A stretch of 64,000 nucleotides of DNA from a virus (taxonomy: Duplodnaviria; Caudoviricetes). Under the pieces are notes generated by a model. It made no database searches, was not told the DNA's origin, and was given only the letters and a program-made list of their open reading frames with translations. Location: IMG/VR virus record IMGVR_UViG_3300020465_000013, positions 1,904-65,903 of that record; one strand, 5' to 3'. Shown here one piece after another: positions 9,523-19,900 of this stretch; positions within the stretch are counted from its first letter, which is position 1, and the number at the start of each line of letters is the position of its first letter. Both the position numbers and the translations under genes were made by a program.

Positions 9523-10929
9523 ATGGGTAAAGGATTGGGGGCGGCTTCCTTAGGTGGCGGCTTTGGTCTCCAACCGATTACTCGTGGCTTAAGGTCTAAA
9601 GCAAAAGGCTTATATCCTACTAAGACGACAGGAGCAGGGGAATATGGAACAATCGTTTTTCCTACTGTTCTAGAAAACTACAATCGCACGACAGATTACA
9701 AGCGTTGGCAATTAGGTCAAGCATATTATTACGGCACAGGTAGATCATGGGATGATGTTGCTTTGTACAGCAATACTCGTTTCTCTACAGGAGCCGTTAG
9801 TGGTGTGTCTAAAGATATTGTCACGATGTTCCCTAGTAAAACCAGTCCTGAAAGAACATGGTATGTAGGACTAAGAACAAGGGGAAGTATCATACTGCCT
9901 CAACCTCTCAATGCATCAGCAATTAGTACTTTTACTTCTGATCCTAATCCTGCAAACCATCGATTAGTTTATGACGTTAGTGGAGTATTAACTGCAACTC
10001 AAGTTGGTATCTTTAATGTTTTCATAGGAGATCAATTCGAAGACACGGCTAGCGGTCCTAATTATCCAGACGATGTTGTAGAAAAGCCAGAAGGAAGTAT
10101 TGCTCTAACTCTTTTAGAAGCTAACGCAGGTGCGTTAACTTTAACGTTTGATTTATCAAAAGCGTTTACTCGTGTTCGGAAAAATAATACGTTGTATTGG
10201 AAACAAATAGATTACGATCCTGCTTCTCCCCCTGAGTGGAACACTAGTGGTCGCCATTTATGTTCTTCTCATAAGTTGTTTTGTTGTTGTCCTGATCATC
10301 TAGGAGGCGCTTTAGCAAATTTAGAATTTCCAAAAGAATCAGGAGGAATGGACAGCTTCCCTTTACCTAACGCTAGTCGTACTGTTTTTTCTCAATGGGA
10401 GAAAGAAGGTGCGGGTTATTACAGACAATGGAGAAGCCTGCCTCAACGTATTGACGAAAGAAGAGAATGCAAGCATATGCATGCAATGAGGTGGGAGTGT
10501 GGTTGTCCTTGGTATGAACCTAATGATTATCCAATAAATGAAAATGAATTTAGCACTTTTAGTAATCAATTAGAACGTGATTTTGGGGATGAAGTTTATT
10601 CTGAATACAATGCACGACATCGGATCAATTACGACCGATACATTCTCTCATTAGCAGAAGTTGTCGGTATTAACTTATTTCCTGGAGGAGATGTTCGAGA
10701 TAATATTCGACCTTCATCATTGCCTATGCTATGGAATGATCCTACTGAACCTGAAATTAGTTGGTGTCGACAAAATGATTGGTGGCTAAAAAGAGGTACT
10801 CAACAAATGAGAATTTTTAATAGTGCTACTCAAAAATTCGAATCGATTGTCACACAAGGAGGAATCGAATTTCCAATGATTGAATCTGTGAAAGGTGGTT
10901 CAGCCAATGCTCCAGTCATTATCAAGTAA
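9523..10929 (+). CDS. Hypothetical protein with a split SWIM-like Zn finger
   Basis: CCCPD followed about 55 residues later by ECKHMHA. Confidence 0.55.
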   Translation: MGKGLGAASLGGGFGLQPITRGLRSKAKGLYPTKTTGAGEYGTIVFPTVLENYNRTTDYKRWQLGQAYYYGTGRSWDDVALYSNTRFSTGAVSGVSKDIVTMFPSKTSPERTWYVGLRTRGSIILPQPLNASAISTFTSDPNPANHRLVYDVSGVLTATQVGIFNVFIGDQFEDTASGPNYPDDVVEKPEGSIALTLLEANAGALTLTFDLSKAFTRVRKNNTLYWKQIDYDPASPPEWNTSGRHLCSSHKLFCCCPDHLGGALANLEFPKESGGMDSFPLPNASRTVFSQWEKEGAGYYRQWRSLPQRIDERRECKHMHAMRWECGCPWYEPNDYPINENEFSTFSNQLERDFGDEVYSEYNARHRINYDRYILSLAEVVGINLFPGGDVRDNIRPSSLPMLWNDPTEPEISWCRQNDWWLKRGTQQMRIFNSATQKFESIVTQGGIEFPMIESVKGGSANAPVIIK

Positions 10930-10938
10930 AATCAAACT

Positions 10939-11466
10939 ATGGCGTATTACCCAGAAAATACTGGTGGCATTATCGCCGCTATTAATGCCTGCATACTTGC
11001 AGCGGGAGGTACAGTGACCAGTTATAACAACAATACTGGTGGAATAATCCAAGCATTACTTGCCTTACAGACAGCCATCGGAGGCATGGGAGGAGGTTCT
11101 GCTGTTGAGATAGAACTCACGGCAGGAGAAGTCTTAGCAAAAGGAGACGCTGTTTATATTGATAGCAATGGGGAATTGTTGAAAGCTGTTCATGATGACA
11201 CGAGAGACAAGGCTACCGTTGCAGGTGTTATCAAGACTGACGTAGCTAGTGGTCAAGCCGCAAAATTAGTCTTTGCTGGAAAAGTTGATTTAAGTGGTTG
11301 GAGTGGAGCAGCTTTAACTCCTGGAGATAGATATTTTTTAAGTGGCTCTGGCGCACTATCGACTACGGCTCCATCGGCATCTGGAGAATATGTAGTGTTA
11401 GTAGGTGAGGCATTAGATGCTAACACTTTGGCTCTGAATACTGACGTTCCTGTACTTCTAAGTTAA
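10939..11466 (+). CDS. Tail or structural protein
   Basis: AGEVLAKGDAVYI and LTPGDRYFLS motifs typical of phage fibre or decoration domains. Confidence 0.6.
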   Translation: MAYYPENTGGIIAAINACILAAGGTVTSYNNNTGGIIQALLALQTAIGGMGGGSAVEIELTAGEVLAKGDAVYIDSNGELLKAVHDDTRDKATVAGVIKTDVASGQAAKLVFAGKVDLSGWSGAALTPGDRYFLSGSGALSTTAPSASGEYVVLVGEALDANTLALNTDVPVLLS

Positions 11467-12092
11467 TGGCAGATCGCAAACCCATTGTTTATGTCGGTGG
11501 CTACCCACAGGAATTAGCTGCTGGAGACAGGTTAAGTGGTGTCGGAACTGTTACAGTCTCCAATACAGCACCTTCTTCTCCGACTGTCGGTGATCTTTGG
11601 TTAGATCAGAATTCTAATATTTTAAAAGTTTGGGATGGTTCGGCTTGGACAGAACCAAGTGAATCATTATCAACAGTTGTCATTGCTGCAACTGCGCCTA
11701 CTAGTCCTACTAATGGATTGTTATGGTTCGACTCTTCCAGTAAGCAATTAAAAATTTATGTTGCCGCCACAACATCTTGGGAACCAGCAGATTCTGTTAC
11801 TATTGCAGCGACGGCTCCTTCATCCCCTTTAACAGGAGAATATTGGTGGGACACAACAGCAACCAGACTCAAGTTTTATACAGGTAGTGCTTGGGCTGAG
11901 ATTGGACATAAAACTTTTAGCAGTGCTTCAGCACCGACCTCTGGAATGGTTGAAGGTGATTGGTGGTATAACTCAACATCGGGAGCCTTTAGTATGTATA
12001 TAGCAGGATCCATTAACGCTTGGGCTGTCGTGAGTAGCGGTGGTGGAAGCGGTGGAGGAGGATCTGTTAACGACATCCTTGCGTATGGTTAA
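11466..12092 (+). CDS. Tail fibre-like protein with repeats
   Basis: Four APSSPxxGDLWxD....LKxWxGSxW repeats. Confidence 0.7.
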   Translation: MADRKPIVYVGGYPQELAAGDRLSGVGTVTVSNTAPSSPTVGDLWLDQNSNILKVWDGSAWTEPSESLSTVVIAATAPTSPTNGLLWFDSSSKQLKIYVAATTSWEPADSVTIAATAPSSPLTGEYWWDTTATRLKFYTGSAWAEIGHKTFSSASAPTSGMVEGDWWYNSTSGAFSMYIAGSINAWAVVSSGGGSGGGGSVNDILAYG

Positions 12093-12472
12093 TGGCAACG
12101 TTTAAGAAGGCTAATCTCCCTTTTGGTTCGGCTACTTATCCAAGTAGTGGAGCGACAAATATTTTTACACACCCTGGTTCTACTGACAAGGCAAGTGTGA
12201 TTGTAGGATTATCCGTTTCTAATACAAGTAAGTTTGACCTTCCATGTGATGTTTGGCTAAAAAAAGGAGGTACATCAGAACCTCATTACATAGCTAAAGA
12301 CAGAACAGTCAAAGCTGGTGAAACAATTCAATTGATCGATAGCGGTCAAAAGGTTGTTTTAGAATATGCATCATCAACTGCAGACGCTCTATGGGCGAAT
12401 GCTCCTACAGTAGATGGAAGCAGTACTACAACCTTTAGCTGTTGGTTATCTATTTATGAGGACGTTAACTAA
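12092..12472 (+). CDS. Tail-associated structural protein
   Basis: Translationally coupled; VIVGLSVSN...GQKVVLE pattern of small cyanophage structural proteins. Confidence 0.55.
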   Translation: MATFKKANLPFGSATYPSSGATNIFTHPGSTDKASVIVGLSVSNTSKFDLPCDVWLKKGGTSEPHYIAKDRTVKAGETIQLIDSGQKVVLEYASSTADALWANAPTVDGSSTTTFSCWLSIYEDVN

Positions 12473-12762
12473 TGAGCCTTGATTCAATTAGTCTCGTCAA
12501 AGAAGTCGAGACTCCCGCAACCGTCGAATTTAAAGAACCCACAGGCAAAATCGCTTATGGTTTCTTATTTAATCGTTTGACAGGTTCTTTAGACGTTCTA
12601 CGTCATGAAGACGGATCCTTTGTGAAGATGAAGGATAATATTAATAATATAATTAGTGATGATGACTATACCACAGTTGTATGGTCGAACAAGCTTCTTA
12701 ACTTCAGTTGGGCAGCACCAAGTACAAATTACACAGGACACTTACAGGTTGAAATCGTATGA
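12472..12762 (+). CDS. Hypothetical tail-region protein
   Basis: Overlapping start and stop codons on both sides. Confidence 0.55.
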   Translation: MSLDSISLVKEVETPATVEFKEPTGKIAYGFLFNRLTGSLDVLRHEDGSFVKMKDNINNIISDDDYTTVVWSNKLLNFSWAAPSTNYTGHLQVEIV

Positions 12763-14075
12763 GCACTGTTATTGATCTCGGTAAACTACGATTTCTCTTT
12801 CGTGGTGACTATGCCAACGGTACTAGCTATGAACTAAATGATGTTGTCACCTACGGTGGTAACTCCTATGTCTACATAAACGTTACCACTGCCTCTGGAA
12901 ACATTCCAGATAATACAACTTACTGGTCTTTAATGAGCAGGGGGTTAACTTTAAGAGGCAATTGGGACTCTGCAACTCAATATGTAGCAGGTGATTTAGT
13001 CAAATTAAATGGTATTGTTTACAAGTGCAAGGCGACAACAACCAACAACGAGCCTCCTAATGCAACATATTGGGAAGATTGGGTAGAAGGTTTCCATTAC
13101 ACCGGTAATTGGAGCGCTGCAACTGCTTACAAGCGTAACGATATAGCAATACAAAACGGTGTGAACTATGTTTGCATCCTTGCTCATACCAACCAAGACC
13201 CTCCTAATGGTACTTATTGGAATGTATTTGCAGAAGGTTTTAATGATACAGGAGATTGGAGTTCCGCTACTGAGTATCACGTTAATGATTTAGCAACATT
13301 AAACGGAATTATTTACAAATGTAAGGCAGATAATACAAACCAAGAACCTCCTAACGGCACTTATTGGGATCTATTTACTTCAGGTTTTAACTGGACAGGT
13401 GCGTACAACGCCGCGACTCCATACAAAATCAACGATATTCTGAACGTTAATGGAGTGCAGTACAGATGTAAGCAAGCAAGTACAGGTAATGAGCCTCCTA
13501 ATAACACCTATTTTGACGAATATCTACAAGGATATAATCATTTAGGTCTATGGAATATTGCGACCAACTACAAGATCAATGACATTATTAAACATGGTGG
13601 TACGCAGTGGAGAGCTAAACAAGCGAACGTAGGACAAGAGCCACCAAGTGCTGCTGATTGGGACGTCTTTGTTGATGGTGTTAACTTCGTAGGTACATGG
13701 GGAGCAGGGAGTACTTATAACGTTGGTGATGTTGCATTCCATCAGGGACAACAATATAAGTGTTTAATAGATAACACTTCTAGCTCCAGCTTCTTAGCTG
13801 ATTTTGTTACTAGTAGCAAATGGGAGAGATTTACAACAGGAACCTTCTATAGAGGTGGTTATTCTGACGCAACTGAATACTTTAAAAATGATCTAGTAAC
13901 AACTGGTAGTTCTCCAAACTTAAACCTCTATATCAATATCAACGATCATACTTCTAATGGCGCATCACTAACAGATGCAACAGAAGTAGCTAATTGGATG
14001 GTTCTTATAGCAGGACAATGGCAGGCCACCGCTGATGTGACTCTTCGTTCGTTCTTCTATGGCGTCATGAACTGA
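12759..14075 (+). CDS. Tail fibre with tandem CBM5/12-like repeats
   Basis: About eight GxWxxATxYxxNDxVxxNGxxYxC...EPPNxTYW units; N-terminal IDLGKLRF. Confidence 0.75.
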   Translation: MSTVIDLGKLRFLFRGDYANGTSYELNDVVTYGGNSYVYINVTTASGNIPDNTTYWSLMSRGLTLRGNWDSATQYVAGDLVKLNGIVYKCKATTTNNEPPNATYWEDWVEGFHYTGNWSAATAYKRNDIAIQNGVNYVCILAHTNQDPPNGTYWNVFAEGFNDTGDWSSATEYHVNDLATLNGIIYKCKADNTNQEPPNGTYWDLFTSGFNWTGAYNAATPYKINDILNVNGVQYRCKQASTGNEPPNNTYFDEYLQGYNHLGLWNIATNYKINDIIKHGGTQWRAKQANVGQEPPSAADWDVFVDGVNFVGTWGAGSTYNVGDVAFHQGQQYKCLIDNTSSSSFLADFVTSSKWERFTTGTFYRGGYSDATEYFKNDLVTTGSSPNLNLYININDHTSNGASLTDATEVANWMVLIAGQWQATADVTLRSFFYGVMN

Positions 14076-14236
14076 TGCCTTTATTTAAAAGGTTGCAGAA
14101 GAAAATAGCCAAGCAAGAAACACTTGCTAATTTTATAGACGAAAAAAATAAGCAATCAACACGACGTCGATTGAAGGCACGAGCTAAACTACGAATACGT
14201 GTAGAAAAGAATGGTGACTTCGGAATTGGTCCTTAG
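14075..14236 (+). CDS. Small basic hypothetical protein (53 aa, not in ORF track)
   Basis: TGATG coupling; MPLFKRLQKKIAK...GDFGIGP. Confidence 0.5.
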   Translation: MPLFKRLQKKIAKQETLANFIDEKNKQSTRRRLKARAKLRIRVEKNGDFGIGP

Positions 14237-14303
14237 TTATTCCTATCTACTCTATACTTGTTAATGACAGGGTATTACCTACCCGAAACTTTGAATAGTA
14301 CAC

Positions 14304-14645
14304 ATGGCCTCTGGAATTAAGGGTACCAACAAACCTGCTAGTGGAAGTTCATCTTTTGATTACTCAACAACGCCTTTATTTACCGCAAGTGCTACTACTA
14401 CGGTAATTTTGTCAGCGTGTAATCAGAACTCTACTGACGATACAATTCGTATTTGCGTCGCTCCTGGTTCAGATTCTGCAACCTCTGGAACGATTAGCGC
14501 TGGTTATTACTTGGAATATGATTACCCACTAGCTGGAAATACAGCAATAGAAAGAACAGGAATCACGCTAGAAGCAAGTAGCCGTATGTGGGTCGGCAGT
14601 GGTGGTGGAAATGTCTCATTTGTGGCCTACGGCCTCGAATCATAA
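14304..14645 (+). CDS. Tail-associated structural protein
   Basis: YLEYDYPL..N.AIERTGITL...VSFVAYGLE motif common in cyanophage fibre regions. Confidence 0.6.
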   Translation: MASGIKGTNKPASGSSSFDYSTTPLFTASATTTVILSACNQNSTDDTIRICVAPGSDSATSGTISAGYYLEYDYPLAGNTAIERTGITLEASSRMWVGSGGGNVSFVAYGLES

Positions 14646-14654
14646 GAGGTAATT

Positions 14655-14984
14655 ATGGGACGTAAACTTTCTTTCTCAGGTGCAGTACCTGACGCAAAAA
14701 GGGATTGGGAAACCAAGACCAGTGCTTACACAGCTGTCTCAGGCGATGCTCTGCTCTTAGATTCTTCTGGGGGAGGGTTTACTGTTACATTACCTGCTTC
14801 TCCTCAAGAAGACGACTACGTTGATTTTGCTGATGGCGCAGGTAGCTTAGGCACAAATAACGTCACGATTGCTCGCAACAGTCAAAAGATTTGCGGCGCT
14901 GAAGACGACTTAGAATGTAACTTAAAGAACGTGGGCTGGACCCTAGTTTACAAAGACTCAACCCAAGGCTGGAGGATCGCTTAA
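14655..14984 (+). CDS. Tail fibre adaptor domain protein
   Basis: KTSAYTAVSGD..LDSSGGGFTVTLPASP...NNVTIARN...LVY....GW. Confidence 0.7.
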   Translation: MGRKLSFSGAVPDAKRDWETKTSAYTAVSGDALLLDSSGGGFTVTLPASPQEDDYVDFADGAGSLGTNNVTIARNSQKICGAEDDLECNLKNVGWTLVYKDSTQGWRIA

Positions 14985-16603
14985 TGACTGTCTTATTATC
15001 TACACTGATTGGTGCTGGCGGTGCAGACGAAGCAGAGGATAACCGAGAATTTAAAAATTACCAAGATTGGTACGGTTATTATGCTGGTGGACAAAGTGAT
15101 AACTATAACTTTGCTACTCCTCAATCCACAAGAGATGCTGGAAATACTGATGGAGGAACAGGTACTGGTGCTCAAAACAGAAGAGCAGCAGACAACTCTA
15201 CATTCACTTGGACTGTACCTACTGGTGTTTCTAAAGTTAGGGTCACATGCCTAGGAGGAGGTGGTGGCGGTGGTCACTATCGTTCTCATTATTATGGTGA
15301 TTCTGGTGGCTCAGGGGCTGGTTTTGCTAGTGGAGAATATAACGTTACTGCAGGAGAGAACTTAACGATCTTCGTAGGACGTGGTGGTTGGGGTAAATTT
15401 AGAACCACAGGTTGGGGTGGTTCCGGACAAGATACTTACGTCCAAGCTGTGAGTGGTGGTTCTGGTCATATAAACGTGCAAGCTGGAGGAGGAGGTAGAG
15501 GATATCATCAAACCAACGTTGATCCCCCAGGGTCTGGAACTGTTAGTGGGTCTGATTTAGTATCAGGTACCAACTTGGCATTTACCGGTGGTCGTGGTGG
15601 TTATGGTTCTCCTAATGGTTTTGGATGGGGTCCAGAAGGCTACCCATCAGGTGGCGGTGGATCATGTGCTAGCTATAAGGGTGATGGGTATAGAGGAGGT
15701 AACGGAGACAATGGTGGATATTCCTTTGGTGCCGGCGGTGGCGGCGGCATAGGAGGAAGAGGTGGAGACGTCTCAGGTAATAACAGCCCTAGTAATAATG
15801 AGTTCTGGTCAGCTGGTGGTGGTGGATCAAATGGACAAGGTACTAACTGGACTCCTAGTGGCCCACAATCTAGTTTCAACTCTAAAGGTGGCGATGGTGC
15901 TTCCTTTGTAAGTGCTGATGGTGGCGGTGGTTATACAGGACAAGGCTTTAAGAACGTGACAGGTCAAGGCGGTTCGCCAATGTATAACGGCTATAACAGT
16001 AGTAATTGGTTCCTTGAAGGCAGTGGAAGTCGCTACGGTGATGGATATGCAAAGGCTTACAATGACTACAGTGCCGGCGGTAGCGGTGGCGGTGGTTCAA
16101 ACCAATACGAGCAAGGCTTTGTTGGATCTCCCAGTGGTGGTGGTGCAACTAGCTACCCAAGTGCTAAGTGCTTTAACGGCGTATTAGGAAGACTATTCGG
16201 AGGAGGCGGAGCAGGAGCTCCTAGGGCTGACTCTAACTTTGGTGGTCAGTGCTTCAGTGCTGGTCAAGGTGGTGCCGGTGCAGGTGGTGGTGGTGCTGCT
16301 TCTACTGAAAACAACAACCAAAACGATTACAACAACTGGACTAGCTATAACACATTTAGCGTGACTGATTTAGCTTGGTATGCTAATGACAACAAGCTTG
16401 CTGATAACAATTTTAGACTGAACGGTAACGGAGGACACGGTGGAGCCCTAGGCGGAGGAGGCGGTGGTAATAGCCGTCAAGGAGCTTTTGGTGGTGCTGG
16501 TGGAATCGGCGCTGGCGGTGGTGGTTGTCATGGTCATTATGAGCCTAGTGGTGAAGGACTTTCTGGTGCGGGTGGCCCAGGTTACGTTCTCATCGAATGG
16601 TAA
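14984..16603 (+). CDS. Glycine-rich tail fibre or receptor-binding protein
   Basis: FTWTVPTGVSKVRVTCLGGGGGG start, extensive poly-Gly, terminal GAGGPGYVLIEW. Confidence 0.75.
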   Translation: MTVLLSTLIGAGGADEAEDNREFKNYQDWYGYYAGGQSDNYNFATPQSTRDAGNTDGGTGTGAQNRRAADNSTFTWTVPTGVSKVRVTCLGGGGGGGHYRSHYYGDSGGSGAGFASGEYNVTAGENLTIFVGRGGWGKFRTTGWGGSGQDTYVQAVSGGSGHINVQAGGGGRGYHQTNVDPPGSGTVSGSDLVSGTNLAFTGGRGGYGSPNGFGWGPEGYPSGGGGSCASYKGDGYRGGNGDNGGYSFGAGGGGGIGGRGGDVSGNNSPSNNEFWSAGGGGSNGQGTNWTPSGPQSSFNSKGGDGASFVSADGGGGYTGQGFKNVTGQGGSPMYNGYNSSNWFLEGSGSRYGDGYAKAYNDYSAGGSGGGGSNQYEQGFVGSPSGGGATSYPSAKCFNGVLGRLFGGGGAGAPRADSNFGGQCFSAGQGGAGAGGGGAASTENNNQNDYNNWTSYNTFSVTDLAWYANDNKLADNNFRLNGNGGHGGALGGGGGGNSRQGAFGGAGGIGAGGGGCHGHYEPSGEGLSGAGGPGYVLIEW

Positions 16604-16634
16604 TAGAATAAAAGTAAATTAATCAAATCGAAAC

Positions 16635-16883
16635 ATGGCACCTTGGGCAAAAATTGGAGATCTTCCAAAATTAGGCGGAGGAACTGAGAAGGGCGTAATT
16701 AGTATTATTGGTGCAGCAGCTGCTCCCGATTCTACTTACGTTGCCTGTGATGATTCTGTCGTCGAAGGAGCTTCTTATAACGCAGCTACTGAGACTTTTG
16801 GTGATCTCGTATGGGATGTTTCAAAAGAAACGGCAAGCGTTCCAGAAGACGGTGAAAAATACGCTACTGAGTTTAAAGGTTAA
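16635..16883 (+). CDS. Small protein, possible fibre chaperone
   Basis: Follows the Gly-rich fibre gene. Confidence 0.45.
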   Translation: MAPWAKIGDLPKLGGGTEKGVISIIGAAAAPDSTYVACDDSVVEGASYNAATETFGDLVWDVSKETASVPEDGEKYATEFKG

Positions 16884-16948
16884 TCCTGAATTCTTTGTTC
16901 TGCATAGATAGGAATTAGAGCTACGATACTCGTAGCTTTATACCTGAT

Positions 16949-17782
16949 ATGGCAGAAAAAATAAAAGAGTGGACGGAAGAGGAGAAATCTGATAAGTCGG
17001 AAAAACCTAATAAGCATATAGGAAAAAATCCAATCATTCAAAAAAACTTCGGTTCTCCAAGAGAATACGATAGTTTTAAGATTGGCGAATTTCGTCATGA
17101 TCTTTTTTCAACACCTATTTATTTAGGTGATGATTCTAACCATGCAGAGATTACTGATGAATACACTCAGAAAGGATACGACTTACTCAATAGCTTAGAT
17201 AAAGTAGGCACTGTCTCAGAAGGTTGGCTAGAAGGTCAAGCAACTGATGATAAAAAAGTTAAAGATACAAGAGGAACTACTAGTTTTTTTAATGGTAATT
17301 TAGCTGCACATCCTGAGTGGGATAAATTAAATGGCTATATATTAGGCATGGCCTTACGGATGTTATCTGATACGATACCAAACGACTTACTAAAAGGTTT
17401 TACTATTGCTAATAGTTGGGTGACGTTATATCCAGATCAAGCGTATGTTCCTGAGCATATTCATTCTTGTTTTGAAATTAGTGGAGTGTATTATTTAAAA
17501 GCTCAAGGAGGGGAGAATTCTGGGATGCTTGCTTTGAGAGATCCGGCTTGGGTAGCTAAAACTATGAATATTTGGGGACCAGGATCAAGAATTTTTCCCG
17601 GACCTAGTACTAATATGACATTTCCTACTAGAACTGGAATGATGGTTTTATTTCCGTCATGGCTACCTCATTCGACTTTACCTAATAATTCAGGGGAAGA
17701 CCGAATGATTTATAGTTTTAACTTGATAACTGACAATGCACGACTTAGATTAGTTCATAATCATGGAGACTTGAATAGGTAA
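16949..17782 (+). CDS. 2OG-Fe(II) oxygenase (TIGR02466-like)
   Basis: SWV...EHIH..ISGVYY...LFPSWLPH...R..SFN. Confidence 0.85.
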   Translation: MAEKIKEWTEEEKSDKSEKPNKHIGKNPIIQKNFGSPREYDSFKIGEFRHDLFSTPIYLGDDSNHAEITDEYTQKGYDLLNSLDKVGTVSEGWLEGQATDDKKVKDTRGTTSFFNGNLAAHPEWDKLNGYILGMALRMLSDTIPNDLLKGFTIANSWVTLYPDQAYVPEHIHSCFEISGVYYLKAQGGENSGMLALRDPAWVAKTMNIWGPGSRIFPGPSTNMTFPTRTGMMVLFPSWLPHSTLPNNSGEDRMIYSFNLITDNARLRLVHNHGDLNR

Positions 17783-18435
17783 TGTTAGGAGATTATTGGG
17801 TCGTACCAGAAGTTTTGACAAAAAAAGGTTGTCAAGTGCTGATTGACTATGGCGATGCAAAGTGTCAACAGTCAAGGGTTAATACTGGTTCAGAATTAGT
17901 AGAAACAAAGCGTAGGTCTAAAAATACTTGGATCGATCCTAAAGACTTAGAGAAGGAAGAATATGGTGATTTAAGGTTTGCTTTTCGATTTGTTATTCAA
18001 GCCTATTTAAAAGCCGCAAATGAAGTATTTAAAACTCCTATTGATTACTTAGAACAAGTTCAATTTACTAAATATGAAAAAGGAGATTTTTATCAATGGC
18101 ACATGGATGCAGCATCAGAAGTAGATACACCTGCTTCCTTTAGAGACGTGTCTGCAACGATGCTACTTTCTGAACATGACGAAGATTTCGAAGGTGGTTT
18201 TTTAAAATTCTTTCCTCATCCTGCTCCAGCCAGAAAATTTAAACAAGGTGATTTAATTGTCTTTCCTTCCTTATATCCCCACAAAGTATCTCACGTAAGA
18301 TCAGGCACGAGATACTCTTTAGTGATTTGGGGAGGAGGTTTACATCCTGAAAAGTATTTCAGAATGAAAAAGCAACAAGAGCTTAATAGACAAGCTAAAA
18401 AAGATGGTAGTTGGGGAGTGGCATCAGAACCATGA
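17782..18435 (+). CDS. 2OG-Fe(II) oxygenase (prolyl-hydroxylase-like)
   Basis: YQWHMD...FEGG...VFPSLYPHKV..V.SGTRYSLV. Confidence 0.9.
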   Translation: MLGDYWVVPEVLTKKGCQVLIDYGDAKCQQSRVNTGSELVETKRRSKNTWIDPKDLEKEEYGDLRFAFRFVIQAYLKAANEVFKTPIDYLEQVQFTKYEKGDFYQWHMDAASEVDTPASFRDVSATMLLSEHDEDFEGGFLKFFPHPAPARKFKQGDLIVFPSLYPHKVSHVRSGTRYSLVIWGGGLHPEKYFRMKKQQELNRQAKKDGSWGVASEP

Positions 18436-19073
18436 ACGTAGGATATTTACCATTATTTGCATCAAATGTTTTTTATTTAAAAGCAGAGCATATTGATGTC
18501 AAACCGTTAAAGGATATCAAGAGTGGTTTTGTTAAAGCTGCTCAATACTCGGGAGAAGATGTTGGGGTTATCGATACGAGCCAACCAGATTTTCAAGTGT
18601 TAGACAAGATACCAGAAACTAAAAAAGCTTTACTGGAAATTTTCAACAGGCTTAATTACGACTTATTGAAATATACCAATGAATGGGCTATCTCTACTTC
18701 TTGGATTAATGTCACTGAAAAAGGATTAGACGGTCAAGTCCATAATCATCGCAATTGTTTTTATAGTGGTATTTTTTATTTCGATGATTACGAAGAAGAA
18801 GGAGTGGCTCCTTTAGAAATCATGACACCATTACAATATCATGGCAGCTATCAACTCCGAAGACAAAATGATATGGAAGACACTCCTATAACTCTTGCTG
18901 AGCAATGGGTTATTCCTCCTGAACGTCAAAAATTAATTCTTTTTCCAAGTTATTTAAATCACAAAATCGGCAGACAGAAAGGTGATAAACCTAGGTATTC
19001 CTTAGCTTTCAATATCGTTCCCATCCCTCCTTATGGTGTTGCAGATTCACAGGCACTTGATTTGTCAAAGTAG
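18432..19073 (+). CDS. 2OG-Fe(II) oxygenase (TIGR02466-like)
   Basis: SWIN...HNHRN..SGIFY...LFPSYLNH...RYSLAFN; ATGA overlap at 18432. Confidence 0.85.
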   Translation: MNVGYLPLFASNVFYLKAEHIDVKPLKDIKSGFVKAAQYSGEDVGVIDTSQPDFQVLDKIPETKKALLEIFNRLNYDLLKYTNEWAISTSWINVTEKGLDGQVHNHRNCFYSGIFYFDDYEEEGVAPLEIMTPLQYHGSYQLRRQNDMEDTPITLAEQWVIPPERQKLILFPSYLNHKIGRQKGDKPRYSLAFNIVPIPPYGVADSQALDLSK

Positions 19074-19081
19074 CATAGCTA

Positions 19082-19405
19082 TTGTCTGAAAACATCAGGA
19101 GCATTATGGAAGACACGATGACCCCTTTGCAAAGGGTAAGAAACAATCAGAACAGATCTGAATATATGAGCTATCTGTATGATCTGTATCACAGAGATGA
19201 TGCACCAATACCTCTCAGGAATACTTATACAGGACTAGCTGAATTACATGCTAAACATTTAGGTAGAAAAGAAATTGATCGTCAAGTGGAGTTATGGCAT
19301 GACGACAAACATCAGGGTCAGATTCGTGCATATGATGCAGCAAATCCTGTACATCTTGATTTCGATCCTATACAAACTAATGATGAAACTCAGACATCCG
19401 ATTAG
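19082..19405 (+). CDS. Hypothetical protein
   Basis: ORF in co-oriented cluster; start may be the internal ATG after a GGAG. Confidence 0.5.
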   Translation: MSENIRSIMEDTMTPLQRVRNNQNRSEYMSYLYDLYHRDDAPIPLRNTYTGLAELHAKHLGRKEIDRQVELWHDDKHQGQIRAYDAANPVHLDFDPIQTNDETQTSD

Positions 19406-19586
19406 TACTCCACAGCAAAAGGTAACTGCTGTTGTGGCTACAAGAGATTTTCTTTTACGTCTAACGAATGTAAAGGAAACACCACGTATTCCTAGAGAAG
19501 TACGACGAGAGGCTAAAACCTTATTGCGTCATTATCCTTTAGTGTCGGAATTAAAACCTGCGTTAGAAAAAGAATTTAAGATTTAA
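19380..19586 (+). CDS. BPSL0761-like protein
   Basis: TP......TRDFLLRL...TPRIPREVRREAKTLLRHYP. Confidence 0.65.
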   Translation: MMKLRHPISTPQQKVTAVVATRDFLLRLTNVKETPRIPREVRREAKTLLRHYPLVSELKPALEKEFKI

Positions 19587-19636
19587 TCCCTTTTCAGAAG
19601 TTAAAATAAGAGATAAAAAGAAATTAACTGCTCATA

Positions 19637-19846
19637 ATGGCTTTGACTCAAACAACCGTAAAATTCAATATATCTCCCAATGGGGTAGTGACTGAGGAGG
19701 TTATTGGTGTCTCTTGTAATCAATGTGAAACGACAACTAAACACATTGAAGAGAATCTAGGAGAAGTATCAAATAGGTCTTATAAGACTGACTATTACGA
19801 GCCTTGTCCTATTGATAAGCCTCAGATACTGGCACAAAGCGAATAA
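19637..19846 (+). CDS. DUF2997-family protein
   Basis: FNISPNGVVTEEVIGV...C...T..IEENLG.V......YY. Confidence 0.75.
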   Translation: MALTQTTVKFNISPNGVVTEEVIGVSCNQCETTTKHIEENLGEVSNRSYKTDYYEPCPIDKPQILAQSE

Positions 19847-19900
19847 AATTGTTACAAATTGTGTATAAAATGAGAACTGTTATTTAAAATAATCAGTTCT

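Noticed and set aside
12759-16603. Diversity-generating retroelement acting on the tail fibres
   Set aside because: No reverse transcriptase and no adenine-specific template/variable repeat pair seen.
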